NCBI GenBank assembly: GCA_027016915.1
Contig: JALURJ010000209.1
Span: forward strand, 1 to 25,854
Direction of reading: 5' to 3'
Source: Desulfurococcales archaeon
GTDB taxonomy: Archaea; Thermoproteota; Thermoprotei_A; Sulfolobales; WAQK01
DNA: 25,854 bases
Shown: positions 18,219 through 25,854 of the stretch, in pieces
Layout of the letters: each line of letters opens with the position of its first letter
How positions within the stretch are numbered: position 1 is the first letter of the stretch
The notes under the pieces: model-generated
Seen by the model: the letters and a program-made list of their open reading frames with translations, nothing else
What the model was told of the DNA's origin: nothing
The model's database searches: none
Translations under genes and position numbers: made by a program

Positions 18219-19294
18219 ACCACATGGGGGAGAAGCCGGGCGAACTTGGACCGGAGCACTGGGATAGGGTGCTTAGAAGGATCCAGGTAACCGGGGGCTC
18301 AACCTATATAGTATCGCTGCCTAAGGAATGGGTTAGACGTAGCAACCTCAGCCGCGGCGACTATGTAGAGCTGGTGCTGGAGCTCGACGGTTCGCTTAGG
18401 ATCAGGCCTGCTGAGCGAAGAGCGGAGAAGCCTGAGACCAGCATGACTGTGTCCAAGGATGAGCCCTCAGAGTGGGTTCTACGGGAATTCATATCCAGGT
18501 ACCTGGCCGGATACTATACTATACGCGTATTCTTCGAGGACAACGTGGCGCCGTACAGGAGGCTGTTCAGGGTAGTTATCCCTGACAAGCTGATAGGGGT
18601 AGAGGTTGTGGACGAGTCGACAAGACACTTGGTGGCCCAATGCCTCGTGAACGTTCACGAACTTCCCCTTTCAACTGCTATCCAGAGGGCGTACAGGATA
18701 GTCTACACCATGATCTACGACGCGTTAAAGGTTGTTTCGGGAGAGCTGGGTGCTGAGATGCTGGACGACATAGTTGAGAGGGACGATCTGGTGGACAAAT
18801 TCTACCTGTACAGCGTAAGGCAGCTCAATGAGCTCCTGGCTGGCCTGATTTCCCCCAGCGAAATAGGGCTTGCAAGGCTTAGCGACTCCCTCACCTATAG
18901 AATTATGGTGAAAAACCTGGAGAGGATGGGGGATCATGCTAGAAGGGTGGCGAAAAGCCTTAAGATGCTGAAGAAGCCTGTTTTGGAACCAAATCTTGGC
19001 AGGGTCGTTGTAAGGCTGGGCGAGGAATCTCTAAAACTGCTGGAGGACTCCTACAAGAGCTTCAGAGAAGGCAACACGGAGCTTGCACACAGGGTTATAG
19101 ACGAGGTTAACCAAAGGCTACCCCAACTCGAGGGCCAGGCTCTCTCGTTCATCCTGGACAGGAACTACACCTCTAGGCAAATAACTTTGCTCAAAACGGT
19201 GGTTGAGAGCCTTAAAAGGGTCGCCGAGTACAGCGCCGACATAGCGGAGCTAGCCATAGATATGTCCGTCCACGGCGGCAGCGGTGTTGGCTAG
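18215..19294 (+). CDS. Archaeal PhoU-type regulator (N-terminal AbrB-like domain + PhoU repeats)
   Basis: RRIQVTGGSTYIVSLPKEWV AbrB-like N-terminus; PhoU motifs ERDDLVDKFY, KNLERMGDH, SLKRVAEYSADIAE. Confidence 0.88.
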   Translation: MNHMGEKPGELGPEHWDRVLRRIQVTGGSTYIVSLPKEWVRRSNLSRGDYVELVLELDGSLRIRPAERRAEKPETSMTVSKDEPSEWVLREFISRYLAGYYTIRVFFEDNVAPYRRLFRVVIPDKLIGVEVVDESTRHLVAQCLVNVHELPLSTAIQRAYRIVYTMIYDALKVVSGELGAEMLDDIVERDDLVDKFYLYSVRQLNELLAGLISPSEIGLARLSDSLTYRIMVKNLERMGDHARRVAKSLKMLKKPVLEPNLGRVVVRLGEESLKLLEDSYKSFREGNTELAHRVIDEVNQRLPQLEGQALSFILDRNYTSRQITLLKTVVESLKRVAEYSADIAELAIDMSVHGGSGVG

Positions 19295-20079
19295 AAAGAG
19301 GGCCGGGTGATGCGGAACTCGCAGTATTTGTGGCCCAGGGACATACAACTTGTCTCGCGGGCCACAACAAGCTTACCCAGATATTCTGAGAATATACCGG
19401 AGATTATGCCCCGCGCCAACGCACTATAGGGCTTGTCTGAGCGCACCCCTCTGCACTCTATGTTGTCCCTCACAAGGATTGTTGCCTCACCCTTTTCCTC
19501 ATCCAGTTCCTTGAGCTCGAAATCCCCCCACCCAGCCACCTTGAGTTCCAAGAACACGAAGTGGAGTGCGTCGCGCCTCCTGCTGAACTTGTATTTTCTC
19601 AGCGCCTTCCTGAAGAAGGCTTTCCCCATATCCATACCGGCATAGAACAGATATGCCTCGCCTGTTGTGCCAAACTTCTCCCGCATGCCCCGGCTTAGCG
19701 CCTTAAGCATCATCTCAGTGAGTATAGCCACACGTTCACCCCCTATGTAGAGTGGAAAGTGGAAAACATCTACCGCCAAGCCGTTGGTCAATGGTTTACT
19801 GGCCTTAACGTCGAGCACGCCGCTAATGTTTCTAATAGCCTCCATGGACTCCTCCAGTTCCTTCTCCTTCCCCGTAACGTCGACGAAAAACACTATGCTA
19901 GCCGTGTCGCTCTGGGAAGGATTTGACACCACGGTGTTCACTATGTTTATGTTCCGAGAGGCGAAAGCTGCTGAGATCGCTTGAAGCATGCCGGGCTTGT
20001 CCTCGACTTTTAGGGCTACGGTATATATTGTTCTGCCAGGCCGGTAAACTATACGGCCGACATCCAGCGGTCTATCCAA
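19291..20079 (-). CDS. ACT domain + V4R domain protein
   Basis: ACT: VEDKPGMLQAISAAFASRNINI. V4R: AGWG, IEC, RGIISGIFS, ETSCMSLGHKYCEF. GAGGAGG RBS before the TTG start. Confidence 0.87.
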   Translation of the reverse strand: MDRPLDVGRIVYRPGRTIYTVALKVEDKPGMLQAISAAFASRNINIVNTVVSNPSQSDTASIVFFVDVTGKEKELEESMEAIRNISGVLDVKASKPLTNGLAVDVFHFPLYIGGERVAILTEMMLKALSRGMREKFGTTGEAYLFYAGMDMGKAFFRKALRKYKFSRRRDALHFVFLELKVAGWGDFELKELDEEKGEATILVRDNIECRGVRSDKPYSALARGIISGIFSEYLGKLVVARETSCMSLGHKYCEFRITRPSF

Positions 20080-20109
20080 AATATCCTCCTCACTAGGATA
20101 TCCCGGTTT

Positions 20110-20122
20110 GTATAATAAAAAT
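20110..20122 (-). promoter_or_regulatory. TATA box for the ACT-V4R gene
   Basis: Minus-strand TTTTTATTATA about 30-40 nt upstream of the TTG start at 20079. Confidence 0.5.
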
Positions 20123-20161
20123 GCTTACTCTCTTCAGCCATTCTACTAGTCAAACACGATT

Positions 20162-21298
20162 CTAGAGTTTCCAAGCATTTCTAGGCGTATAGACGCATGC
20201 CGGATCCTCGGCGAACGGGTCACCTGTATAAGCATAGGCTCTAGCCCTGCTCCCCCCGCACAGGTCTCTGTACTCGCAGACCCTGCATCTCCCCTTGAGT
20301 ATGCTGCTGTCCCTAAGGCCCCTGAGTATGCTGCTGTTCCTATAGATCTCCCTCAATCTCGCCGTCCTGACATTGCCTACAGGGAGGGGGAGAAAGCCGC
20401 TTGGACGTACCGAGCCGTTGTAAGCCACAAAGATTACACCTTTCCCGTCCCGTGTGCCTGCCGTGTGCGCCCTAGCCTTGCCCCTCGGCTCTCCGAGGAG
20501 TTTAATGGTCTTCTCCATCAACCTGAGGTAGAGCGGGCCCGTCTTAACCGGTAGTCCTTCATTCTCGGCTCTCAGCCTCTCCACCACAACTCTACGGAAC
20601 ATGGGGCCCTCCGTTGTGCGGACCAGGATGCCGTATCGGGAAGCGTCGTAGAGGAAGTGGGAGACGTCCTCGTACTCCTGAGGCGTTAGGTCAAGCGAGA
20701 AAGCGCCCCTTCCCGTAGGGACGAAGTAGAATACCTCCCACACACCCACTCCCAGTTCTAGGAGGAGCTTCAGTGTTTCGGGGAGATACTCCACGGTATC
20801 CCTCATAACCACGGTGTTGACCTGTACTCTCATGTTCCTGTCTATAGCCTCGGCCAGCATCTCGACGGTTCTCCTCCACACTCCCCGTATCCCGCGGATG
20901 GAGTCATGAACCTCTGGTACGGCTGAGTCTAGGCTTATGGAGATTGCCTTAACCCCTGCCTCTAGGAACTTGTCGAGGGTTTTCGGTGTGAGCAGTGGGG
21001 TAACGCTTGGCGCTACAGCAACTCTGATCCCTTTGCTTGACGCGTAGGCCAGCAGCTCCCATATGTCTGTCCGCATGAGGATATCGCCGCCTGTAAACAC
21101 GAGTATAGGGTGTGGAGCCCCGAACTCCGCTACCTGGTCTATCAGGTCTAGGCCCTCCTCTGTTCCAAGCTCGCCTGGAAGGGGGTTTTCTATGGCTTCA
21201 GCTCTGCAGTGTTTGCAGGCGAGTTTGCAGGCCTTGGTGGTTTCCCAGAAGACGAGCAGCGGTTTCTCCCCGTAATCCCATGAGGCCTTGCCATGCAT
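20162..21298 (-). CDS. Radical SAM/SPASM protein, TIGR04053 (BA_1875) / NirJ-AhbD-like
   Basis: VFWETTKACKLACKHC (CX3CX2C), FTGGD, PTGRG, RPSGFLP, CRVCEYRDLCGGSRARAY...DPAC. Confidence 0.88.
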   Translation of the reverse strand: MHGKASWDYGEKPLLVFWETTKACKLACKHCRAEAIENPLPGELGTEEGLDLIDQVAEFGAPHPILVFTGGDILMRTDIWELLAYASSKGIRVAVAPSVTPLLTPKTLDKFLEAGVKAISISLDSAVPEVHDSIRGIRGVWRRTVEMLAEAIDRNMRVQVNTVVMRDTVEYLPETLKLLLELGVGVWEVFYFVPTGRGAFSLDLTPQEYEDVSHFLYDASRYGILVRTTEGPMFRRVVVERLRAENEGLPVKTGPLYLRLMEKTIKLLGEPRGKARAHTAGTRDGKGVIFVAYNGSVRPSGFLPLPVGNVRTARLREIYRNSSILRGLRDSSILKGRCRVCEYRDLCGGSRARAYAYTGDPFAEDPACVYTPRNAWKL

Positions 21299-21381
21299 GT
21301 ATGCTACGCCCTATAAGCCCGTTGCCAGGTTAACCCTAATAGCGTGTTCATATATACATTTCTTACCTGTCTAGCTCTCTA

Positions 21382-21954
21382 TTAGGCTAGAAATATCCTG
21401 AACGCTGTAAAAGCTGATAACGCTCCGAGAACAGTCCCCATAGCTACTTGGAGCACGGTATGCTTACCGAGCTTCACCCTGGCCCATCCAACCATTAACG
21501 TGGCAAGGCCCGCCATGAGGGTGAGGGGCGCACCAGCCAGGTAGTAGAAGCCGACGACCGCTTCTGCAACACCGAGGGCATGGATACTGACCTTCCACCT
21601 TTTGGAGGCTACATACGCCATCAGCCCGCCTATACCGTACCCAGTCATTATGGCTGACACGTATCTTGCCGATGAGAGAAAATATACTACAAAGGCCCCA
21701 ACGAGGTTCGAGGCTGAGGCGAATAGCAGGGGAGTCCCGCGCAGCCCCCTGCTTGGCAGATCCCAGGGAGCCCCATTGAGCCTTGCCCACGAGATCGCGA
21801 AGGCGAGCGGGAGGAAGGAGGAGAACATTAGGGCTAGCGGGAGGCCGAGCCACTCACCCATAATTTTGGCGGAGGCTATGTAAAGGGCTGCTGCAACCAG
21901 TGATGGCTGAAGTACCAGGGAAACGGCCAGCGCCAGCCTCCTCAAAGCCTCCAC
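21382..21954 (-). CDS. PAP2-superfamily-like membrane protein
   Basis: About six TM segments; KVSIH and WARVKLGKHTVLQVAMG resemble PAP2 motifs C2/C3; BRE/TATA AAACCGTTATAT near 21983-21994. Confidence 0.7.
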   Translation of the reverse strand: MEALRRLALAVSLVLQPSLVAAALYIASAKIMGEWLGLPLALMFSSFLPLAFAISWARLNGAPWDLPSRGLRGTPLLFASASNLVGAFVVYFLSSARYVSAIMTGYGIGGLMAYVASKRWKVSIHALGVAEAVVGFYYLAGAPLTLMAGLATLMVGWARVKLGKHTVLQVAMGTVLGALSAFTAFRIFLA

Positions 21955-21993
21955 CAGTCCTCACAGGCTATGGTGAGAGAAGTATATAACGGT

Positions 21994-23289
21994 TTATGGA
22001 GGCATGGCACCCCTCCGCCTCCGAAGCGAGAACCTGGCCGTCAGTATCCTCTCGCTGTTGAACAGCTTTGATGCTGCCAGGAGCAGCGCGGCTAGGTATA
22101 TCAGCATACCTGCAAACCCAATGGCGGCCTTAGCAGCATCGTTGCTCGCCACTCCGAGGAAGGCGTTGAGCAGATGGACGTAGGGGTCTAGCATGAGGAC
22201 GGCCTGGATGCTTGCTGGGAGGCTTTCTAGGCTCACGCCGAACATGAACACGAACAGCGGCAGTATTAGGGGGAGTGACACGTAGCTGGAGAACACCTGG
22301 GCGCTTTTAACATCGCTGACGAACACGGAGGCAAGTATTCCTATGCCTATGCTTATCAGCAGTCCCAGCAGCAGGGCGAGGAAGTAGAGTATAGCCTCCA
22401 TGGGGCCTACAGTTATGGTGAGAGGCATAGACTCGGCACCCGGCATAGAGGAGGCGTAGAGAGCCATGTATACTAGGAAACCACCCGTATAGCTCATGGC
22501 CCCGAGAGCTGCGATCAGCGAGACGCCGGCCAGCTTTCCTAGTAGGATCTCTGTCCTCGACACCGGCAGGGTCAGCAGCATCTCCAGGGTCTTGGCCTCC
22601 TTCTCAAGAGCCATAGAGACCGATGCCACCTGGAGAGCGGCCATTACTGCTGTTAGTAGCATTATTGGGAGGATGAAAACCTGTGCGAAGAGGCGGCCCA
22701 TGACCTCCTCGGGCCCGCCCTTGACAGGCTTGCCGAAGAGTATGACCGTTCCCTTCTCCACCACCGGACTGGCTACAAACTCTATGGTGGCGTTGGGGTA
22801 AACCTGCCTAACAGCCTCCAACAATATGTTCTTGTTAAACGCATCGATATAGGCTGAGATCCTCCCCATGCCGGGCAGCCCGAAGAAGCTGAGCTTGGCC
22901 ATGTACAGGTATTCCTCCACTATGCCCGGAACCCCTTCTGTAAGGTTGCTGCCGAAGCCCTCAGGCACAACGACTAGGATCTCCACACCCTCCTCCTGGT
23001 ACAGTTTTGTCAGGGTTTCGACGGGATCCCCGGGTCCGACCAGCCGCACGTGGCTGGCCACCGACTCCAGGTAGCTTGTGAATTCGGCTGCCGTTTCCGA
23101 GGTGTCGAGAACCATGACGGCCATCTTTACAGGCTTCCCGGCCTCCTTAACTGCAGCCTTGAAGGACAGGCTCATAACCCCGCCGAGCACGGCGAACATT
23201 ATGAGGGGCCCTACTATCATTCCCAGCAGCACGACGCGCTCCTTGAACAGGTCCTTGACCTCTTTCCTGATCAGGGGAAGTATCTTCAA
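21994..23289 (-). CDS. ABC-2 type exporter permease (NatB-like)
   Basis: LIRKEVKDLF, one N-terminal TM, large ectodomain, EKEAKTLEMLLTLPVSRTEILLGK, further TM helices. Confidence 0.9.
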   Translation of the reverse strand: MKILPLIRKEVKDLFKERVVLLGMIVGPLIMFAVLGGVMSLSFKAAVKEAGKPVKMAVMVLDTSETAAEFTSYLESVASHVRLVGPGDPVETLTKLYQEEGVEILVVVPEGFGSNLTEGVPGIVEEYLYMAKLSFFGLPGMGRISAYIDAFNKNILLEAVRQVYPNATIEFVASPVVEKGTVILFGKPVKGGPEEVMGRLFAQVFILPIMLLTAVMAALQVASVSMALEKEAKTLEMLLTLPVSRTEILLGKLAGVSLIAALGAMSYTGGFLVYMALYASSMPGAESMPLTITVGPMEAILYFLALLLGLLISIGIGILASVFVSDVKSAQVFSSYVSLPLILPLFVFMFGVSLESLPASIQAVLMLDPYVHLLNAFLGVASNDAAKAAIGFAGMLIYLAALLLAASKLFNSERILTARFSLRRRRGAMPP

Positions 23290-24035
23290 CCAACTGCACC
23301 CCCAGATTTTACAGCCTGGATGAATGCTTCTTCGAGATTGGAGGCCCCATACTTAGCCTTGATCTCGTCCGGGGTTCCGGAGTCCACTATAACGCCTTCA
23401 TGGATGAAGGCAACCCGGCTGCAGAGGTACTCTACCTCGAGCATGTTGTGGCTTGACAGCAGGACAGCGGCGCCGGTCTCGGAGACGTAGTGCTTGATCG
23501 CCTTCCTCACTTCTACTGCGTGGTATACGTCTAGTCCTGTTGTTGGTTCGTCCAGTATTGCTAGCCGGGGCCTGACCATCAGGGTACGGGCAAGCAACAA
23601 CCTCCTCCTCATACCCTTACTATAGGTGCTGGTGGGCTCGTAGAGCCTGGCGCCGAGGCCGGAAAGCCTGGCGCCCAGCTCCACCATTTCCTCCGCCTCG
23701 CTCCTGGTGGAAGCGTAGATCTCGGCGGTAAACTCGAGGAAGTCTGCCCCGGTAATGTTCTTGTAGACCCCGGCCTCCTCAGGTAAGTAGCTTATGAGCC
23801 TCTTGACCGCTTCAGGCTCCCTCGCCACGCTGTGACCGTAGACATAGGCGTCGCCGCGGCTGGGACTGAGCAGCGTGGCCACTATTCTCAGCGTTGTTGT
23901 CTTCCCAGCTCCGTTGGGCCCTATTAGGCCGAAAACCTCCCCCACCCTGACCTCGAAGCTCACTCCTCTGAGTGCATGTATCTTTCCGAACCACTTCTCT
24001 AGCGATACTACTCTCAGGGGTTCACTGGGCTCCAT
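23286..24035 (-). CDS. ABC-2 type exporter ATP-binding subunit (NatA-like)
   Basis: GPNGAGKTT, YSKGM signature, ILDEPTTGLD, SSH; 4-nt overlap with the permease. ATG 24035 is preferred over 24107. Confidence 0.94.
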   Translation of the reverse strand: MEPSEPLRVVSLEKWFGKIHALRGVSFEVRVGEVFGLIGPNGAGKTTTLRIVATLLSPSRGDAYVYGHSVAREPEAVKRLISYLPEEAGVYKNITGADFLEFTAEIYASTRSEAEEMVELGARLSGLGARLYEPTSTYSKGMRRRLLLARTLMVRPRLAILDEPTTGLDVYHAVEVRKAIKHYVSETGAAVLLSSHNMLEVEYLCSRVAFIHEGVIVDSGTPDEIKAKYGASNLEEAFIQAVKSGGAVG

Positions 24036-24170
24036 CCCACGTACCCCGCAGGGCTTCTTGGTCCTCCATGATGGTAGGGGCACCAATATAATATTTACAC
24101 ACCCCAACCATGGTAATAGTAAGGGTGTGATGAGTACGCCATCGACCGATCCTCCTCCTTGCTGGGAGGG

Positions 24171-24599
24171 GTGAGGCGTCCCGTCCCCACTGAACCACGG
24201 GTGATCCGCGTGCCTCCCCCACTGCCACCCATATACGGTGTAGCCCTAGCATCAGCGGGCATAGTGGCACTGGTACTCTCCCTCATAGTAGCCAGCATAC
24301 CCTTATGGCTGGCGTCCAAAATACTGGGCCTTAGGCGCAGCGATCTCGGCACAGCGCTGGTAGCCCTACTGGTCATGGCCCTACTCTTCATGGCGGCATC
24401 CATCGCTACGATCTTCATTTACCCCCTGAACGGGCTCGTTGGCTTCATAGCGGCGCTCTGGGGAGCCAAGAAAATCTATGACACTGGGTGGCTTCAGGCC
24501 TTCCTCCTAGTGCTGGTCTCCACGGTTATAGTGGTCGTTATGACGCTTGCCCTAGCATCTCTGCTGGCGGGGCTAGCCCTTTTCCCGGCACACCCCTAA
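24171..24599 (+). CDS. Four-TM membrane protein, unknown function
   Basis: GTG start after GGAGGG; Pro-rich N-terminus, then four hydrophobic helices; divergent from the ABC operon. Confidence 0.72.
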   Translation: MRRPVPTEPRVIRVPPPLPPIYGVALASAGIVALVLSLIVASIPLWLASKILGLRRSDLGTALVALLVMALLFMAASIATIFIYPLNGLVGFIAALWGAKKIYDTGWLQAFLLVLVSTVIVVVMTLALASLLAGLALFPAHP

Positions 24600-24644
24600 G
24601 ACATGGACAGAACATTATTAACCGCATGTTATGAAGAGATCTTA

Positions 24645-24705
24645 GGGTAGGCCCGGAAGACGCCGCCCGGGAGGCGTGGGGATGACCGGGCCTCTCCCGG
24701 CCTTC
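24645..24705 (+). ncRNA. Candidate structured small RNA or HUH-type end hairpin with K-turn-like internal loop
   Basis: TTATTAA at 24615-24621 is at promoter distance from G24645. Fold: GGCCCGG/CCGGGCC stem, AAGA / GGGAUGA internal loop, CGCC/GGCG apical stem. Confidence 0.4.
24682..24705 (+). repeat. 24-bp direct repeat, copy 1
   Basis: ATGACCGGGCCTCTCCCGGCCTTC; 22/24 identical to 25488-25511. Confidence 0.8.
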
Positions 24706-24827
24706 ACTTTAGAGATGAGCACTATCAGTAGCCCTCATGTTACGTCTTGCCGCCTTTTAATAGGCTGAAGCTTGTGATAATTGTAAGGATTTTCTAGGCA
24801 ACTCCTGAGGATCTCAAGACGCCGGGA

Positions 24828-25187
24828 TTACGGGCTCTGCACCTCAACTACTCCTCCAGGATATACTACTATTAACAGGCCTCTCTTGGGGGTGGCTGTG
24901 GACGCTATTCTAGCCAGGGCTCTGGCTAATTTTTCCAGCTCCTGTTTGTCCGGGTTGTATGCTATGTAGATTACTCCACTGCCCGCCCTTGAAAGCATCC
25001 AGGGAAGCGTGTAGTCTGAGTCTCTCGTCACTATGACTCTCCCTAAATTGTTTGACACCTCTATAACCTCCAGGTCGCTCCTACCTCTTCCCACAGCATC
25101 AGCTATACGGATCACATCTATGCCCAGCCTCCTCAAAATAGACACAAGACGCCTAGGTATGTTCTCATCAGCCAGTAATTTCAGCAA
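24828..25187 (-). CDS. DUF5615 PIN-like toxin (VapC45-like)
   Basis: LLADENIP, SDLEVIE, VIVTRDSDY pattern; overlaps the DUF433 gene by 20 nt. Confidence 0.88.
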   Translation of the reverse strand: MLKLLADENIPRRLVSILRRLGIDVIRIADAVGRGRSDLEVIEVSNNLGRVIVTRDSDYTLPWMLSRAGSGVIYIAYNPDKQELEKLARALARIASTATPKRGLLIVVYPGGVVEVQSP

Positions 25188-25407
25188 AGACCGTTACCCT
25201 CCTTAGAGCCTCGGAAGCATAGCGTAAAGCTTCATATACGGCTTCCACCGGGATCTCGAGCTCCTCGGCTACCTCTTTAGGGCTCCACCCAGCCGAGAGC
25301 ATTCCAAGAATATCATCCACCGAGACCCTAGTCCCCCTCACGGTGGGCCTGCCACCACGTCTTCCCCGCACAACTTCCAAGTACTTAAAACCTGGAAGGA
25401 GCACCAA
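25168..25407 (-). CDS. DUF433 antitoxin (VapB45-like)
   Basis: GGRPTVRGTRVSVDDILGMLSAGWSPKEVAEEL...VYEALRY; TATA-like ATATATA about 40 nt upstream. Confidence 0.9.
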   Translation of the reverse strand: MVLLPGFKYLEVVRGRRGGRPTVRGTRVSVDDILGMLSAGWSPKEVAEELEIPVEAVYEALRYASEALRRVTVFAEITG

Positions 25408-25487
25408 GCGCTTCCACCAAGATACCTACACTGTAGCTGAACACTATATATATTGCCACGCCCCTCCAAGCCTGTATGGGCTCAGGA

Positions 25488-25511
25488 ATGGCCGGGCCTT
25501 TCCCGGCCTTC
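25488..25511 (+). repeat. 24-bp direct repeat, copy 2
   Basis: ATGGCCGGGCCTTTCCCGGCCTTC, containing the perfect hairpin GGCCGGG-CCTTT-CCCGGCC. Confidence 0.8.
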
Positions 25512-25631
25512 GAACTTCTATTAGACACATGTTTCTAACCCTTCAATCTTCGAAGAGCCCCGCTAAAATTGGGACCCTGGCCTTCCAGTTTTTGACTTTA
25601 ACCATCTAATTATCTTCATGTCGCTGGGTGG

Positions 25632-25853
25632 CTATGTGGTAGCCAGGTCTAGCCATTTCAGGACTCTCCTCGGCCTGGGCAACTCGGGGGTTTTCGCCAC
25701 CTGGTGTAGCTCTTGGTCTTCGGTTAGCAACATAGCGTTTCGAACCACTGCTGTTGCATAGATAACTCTGTCAAAGTAGTCCTGCAGCCCGGCGTCAATG
25801 AGTAGTTTGTCGGCTACTTCTTCTACTTCGGGGCTTGTAAGCACAGTCTGCAC
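25632..25853 (-). CDS. vapC: VapC-type PIN domain protein, C-terminal part (5' end outside window)
   Basis: DYFDRVIYATA...LLTEDQEL PIN C-terminal motifs; frame runs to the window edge. Confidence 0.82.
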   Translation of the reverse strand: MQTVLTSPEVEEVADKLLIDAGLQDYFDRVIYATAVVRNAMLLTEDQELHQVAKTPELPRPRRVLKWLDLATT

Positions 25854-25854
25854 T

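Noticed and set aside
24036-24107. Longer start for the ABC ATPase
   Set aside because: It runs into the AT-rich promoter region and adds a non-conserved sequence.
25485-25530. Minus-strand GTTCGAA suggesting a tRNA T-loop or tRNA-derived att site
   Set aside because: No 5-bp T-stem surrounds it, and no cloverleaf or CCA end is present.
25343-25609. 88-aa plus-strand ORF
   Set aside because: It overlaps the DUF433 gene and promoter on the opposite strand and spans the repeat; no motif or RBS.
1-25854. CRISPR array, rRNA, tRNA, integrase or transposase genes
   Set aside because: No regularly spaced repeats, no RNA-gene signatures and no recombinase motifs were found by eye.

Overview
Archaeal chromosomal window, most consistent with a hyperthermophilic Thermoproteota (Crenarchaeota) lineage; this is inferred from gene content, BRE/TATA promoters, GTG/TTG starts and overlapping operons. 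It opens inside an MCM helicase gene carrying two LAGLIDADG inteins only 28 residues apart. Next come Hel308, a convergent Zn-dependent deacetylase and a small HTH-like protein. A tightly coupled six-gene membrane operon follows (DUF4129-like, DUF4350-like, MoxR AAA+, DUF58/VWA and two orphan membrane proteins). The rest holds mscS, a pyrF-pyrE-trkH-phoU-like operon, an ACT+V4R protein, a radical SAM/SPASM enzyme, a PAP2-like protein, an ABC-2 exporter and a toxin-antitoxin cluster. The best leads are: the uncharacterised MoxR envelope operon; a 24-bp direct repeat bracketing the DUF433/DUF5615 pair; two K-turn-like ncRNA candidates; and an abrupt A/C-to-G/T synonymous codon switch just after the second intein. 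Family assignments are from motif recognition only; no database search was run. No CRISPR array, tRNA or rRNA was found.
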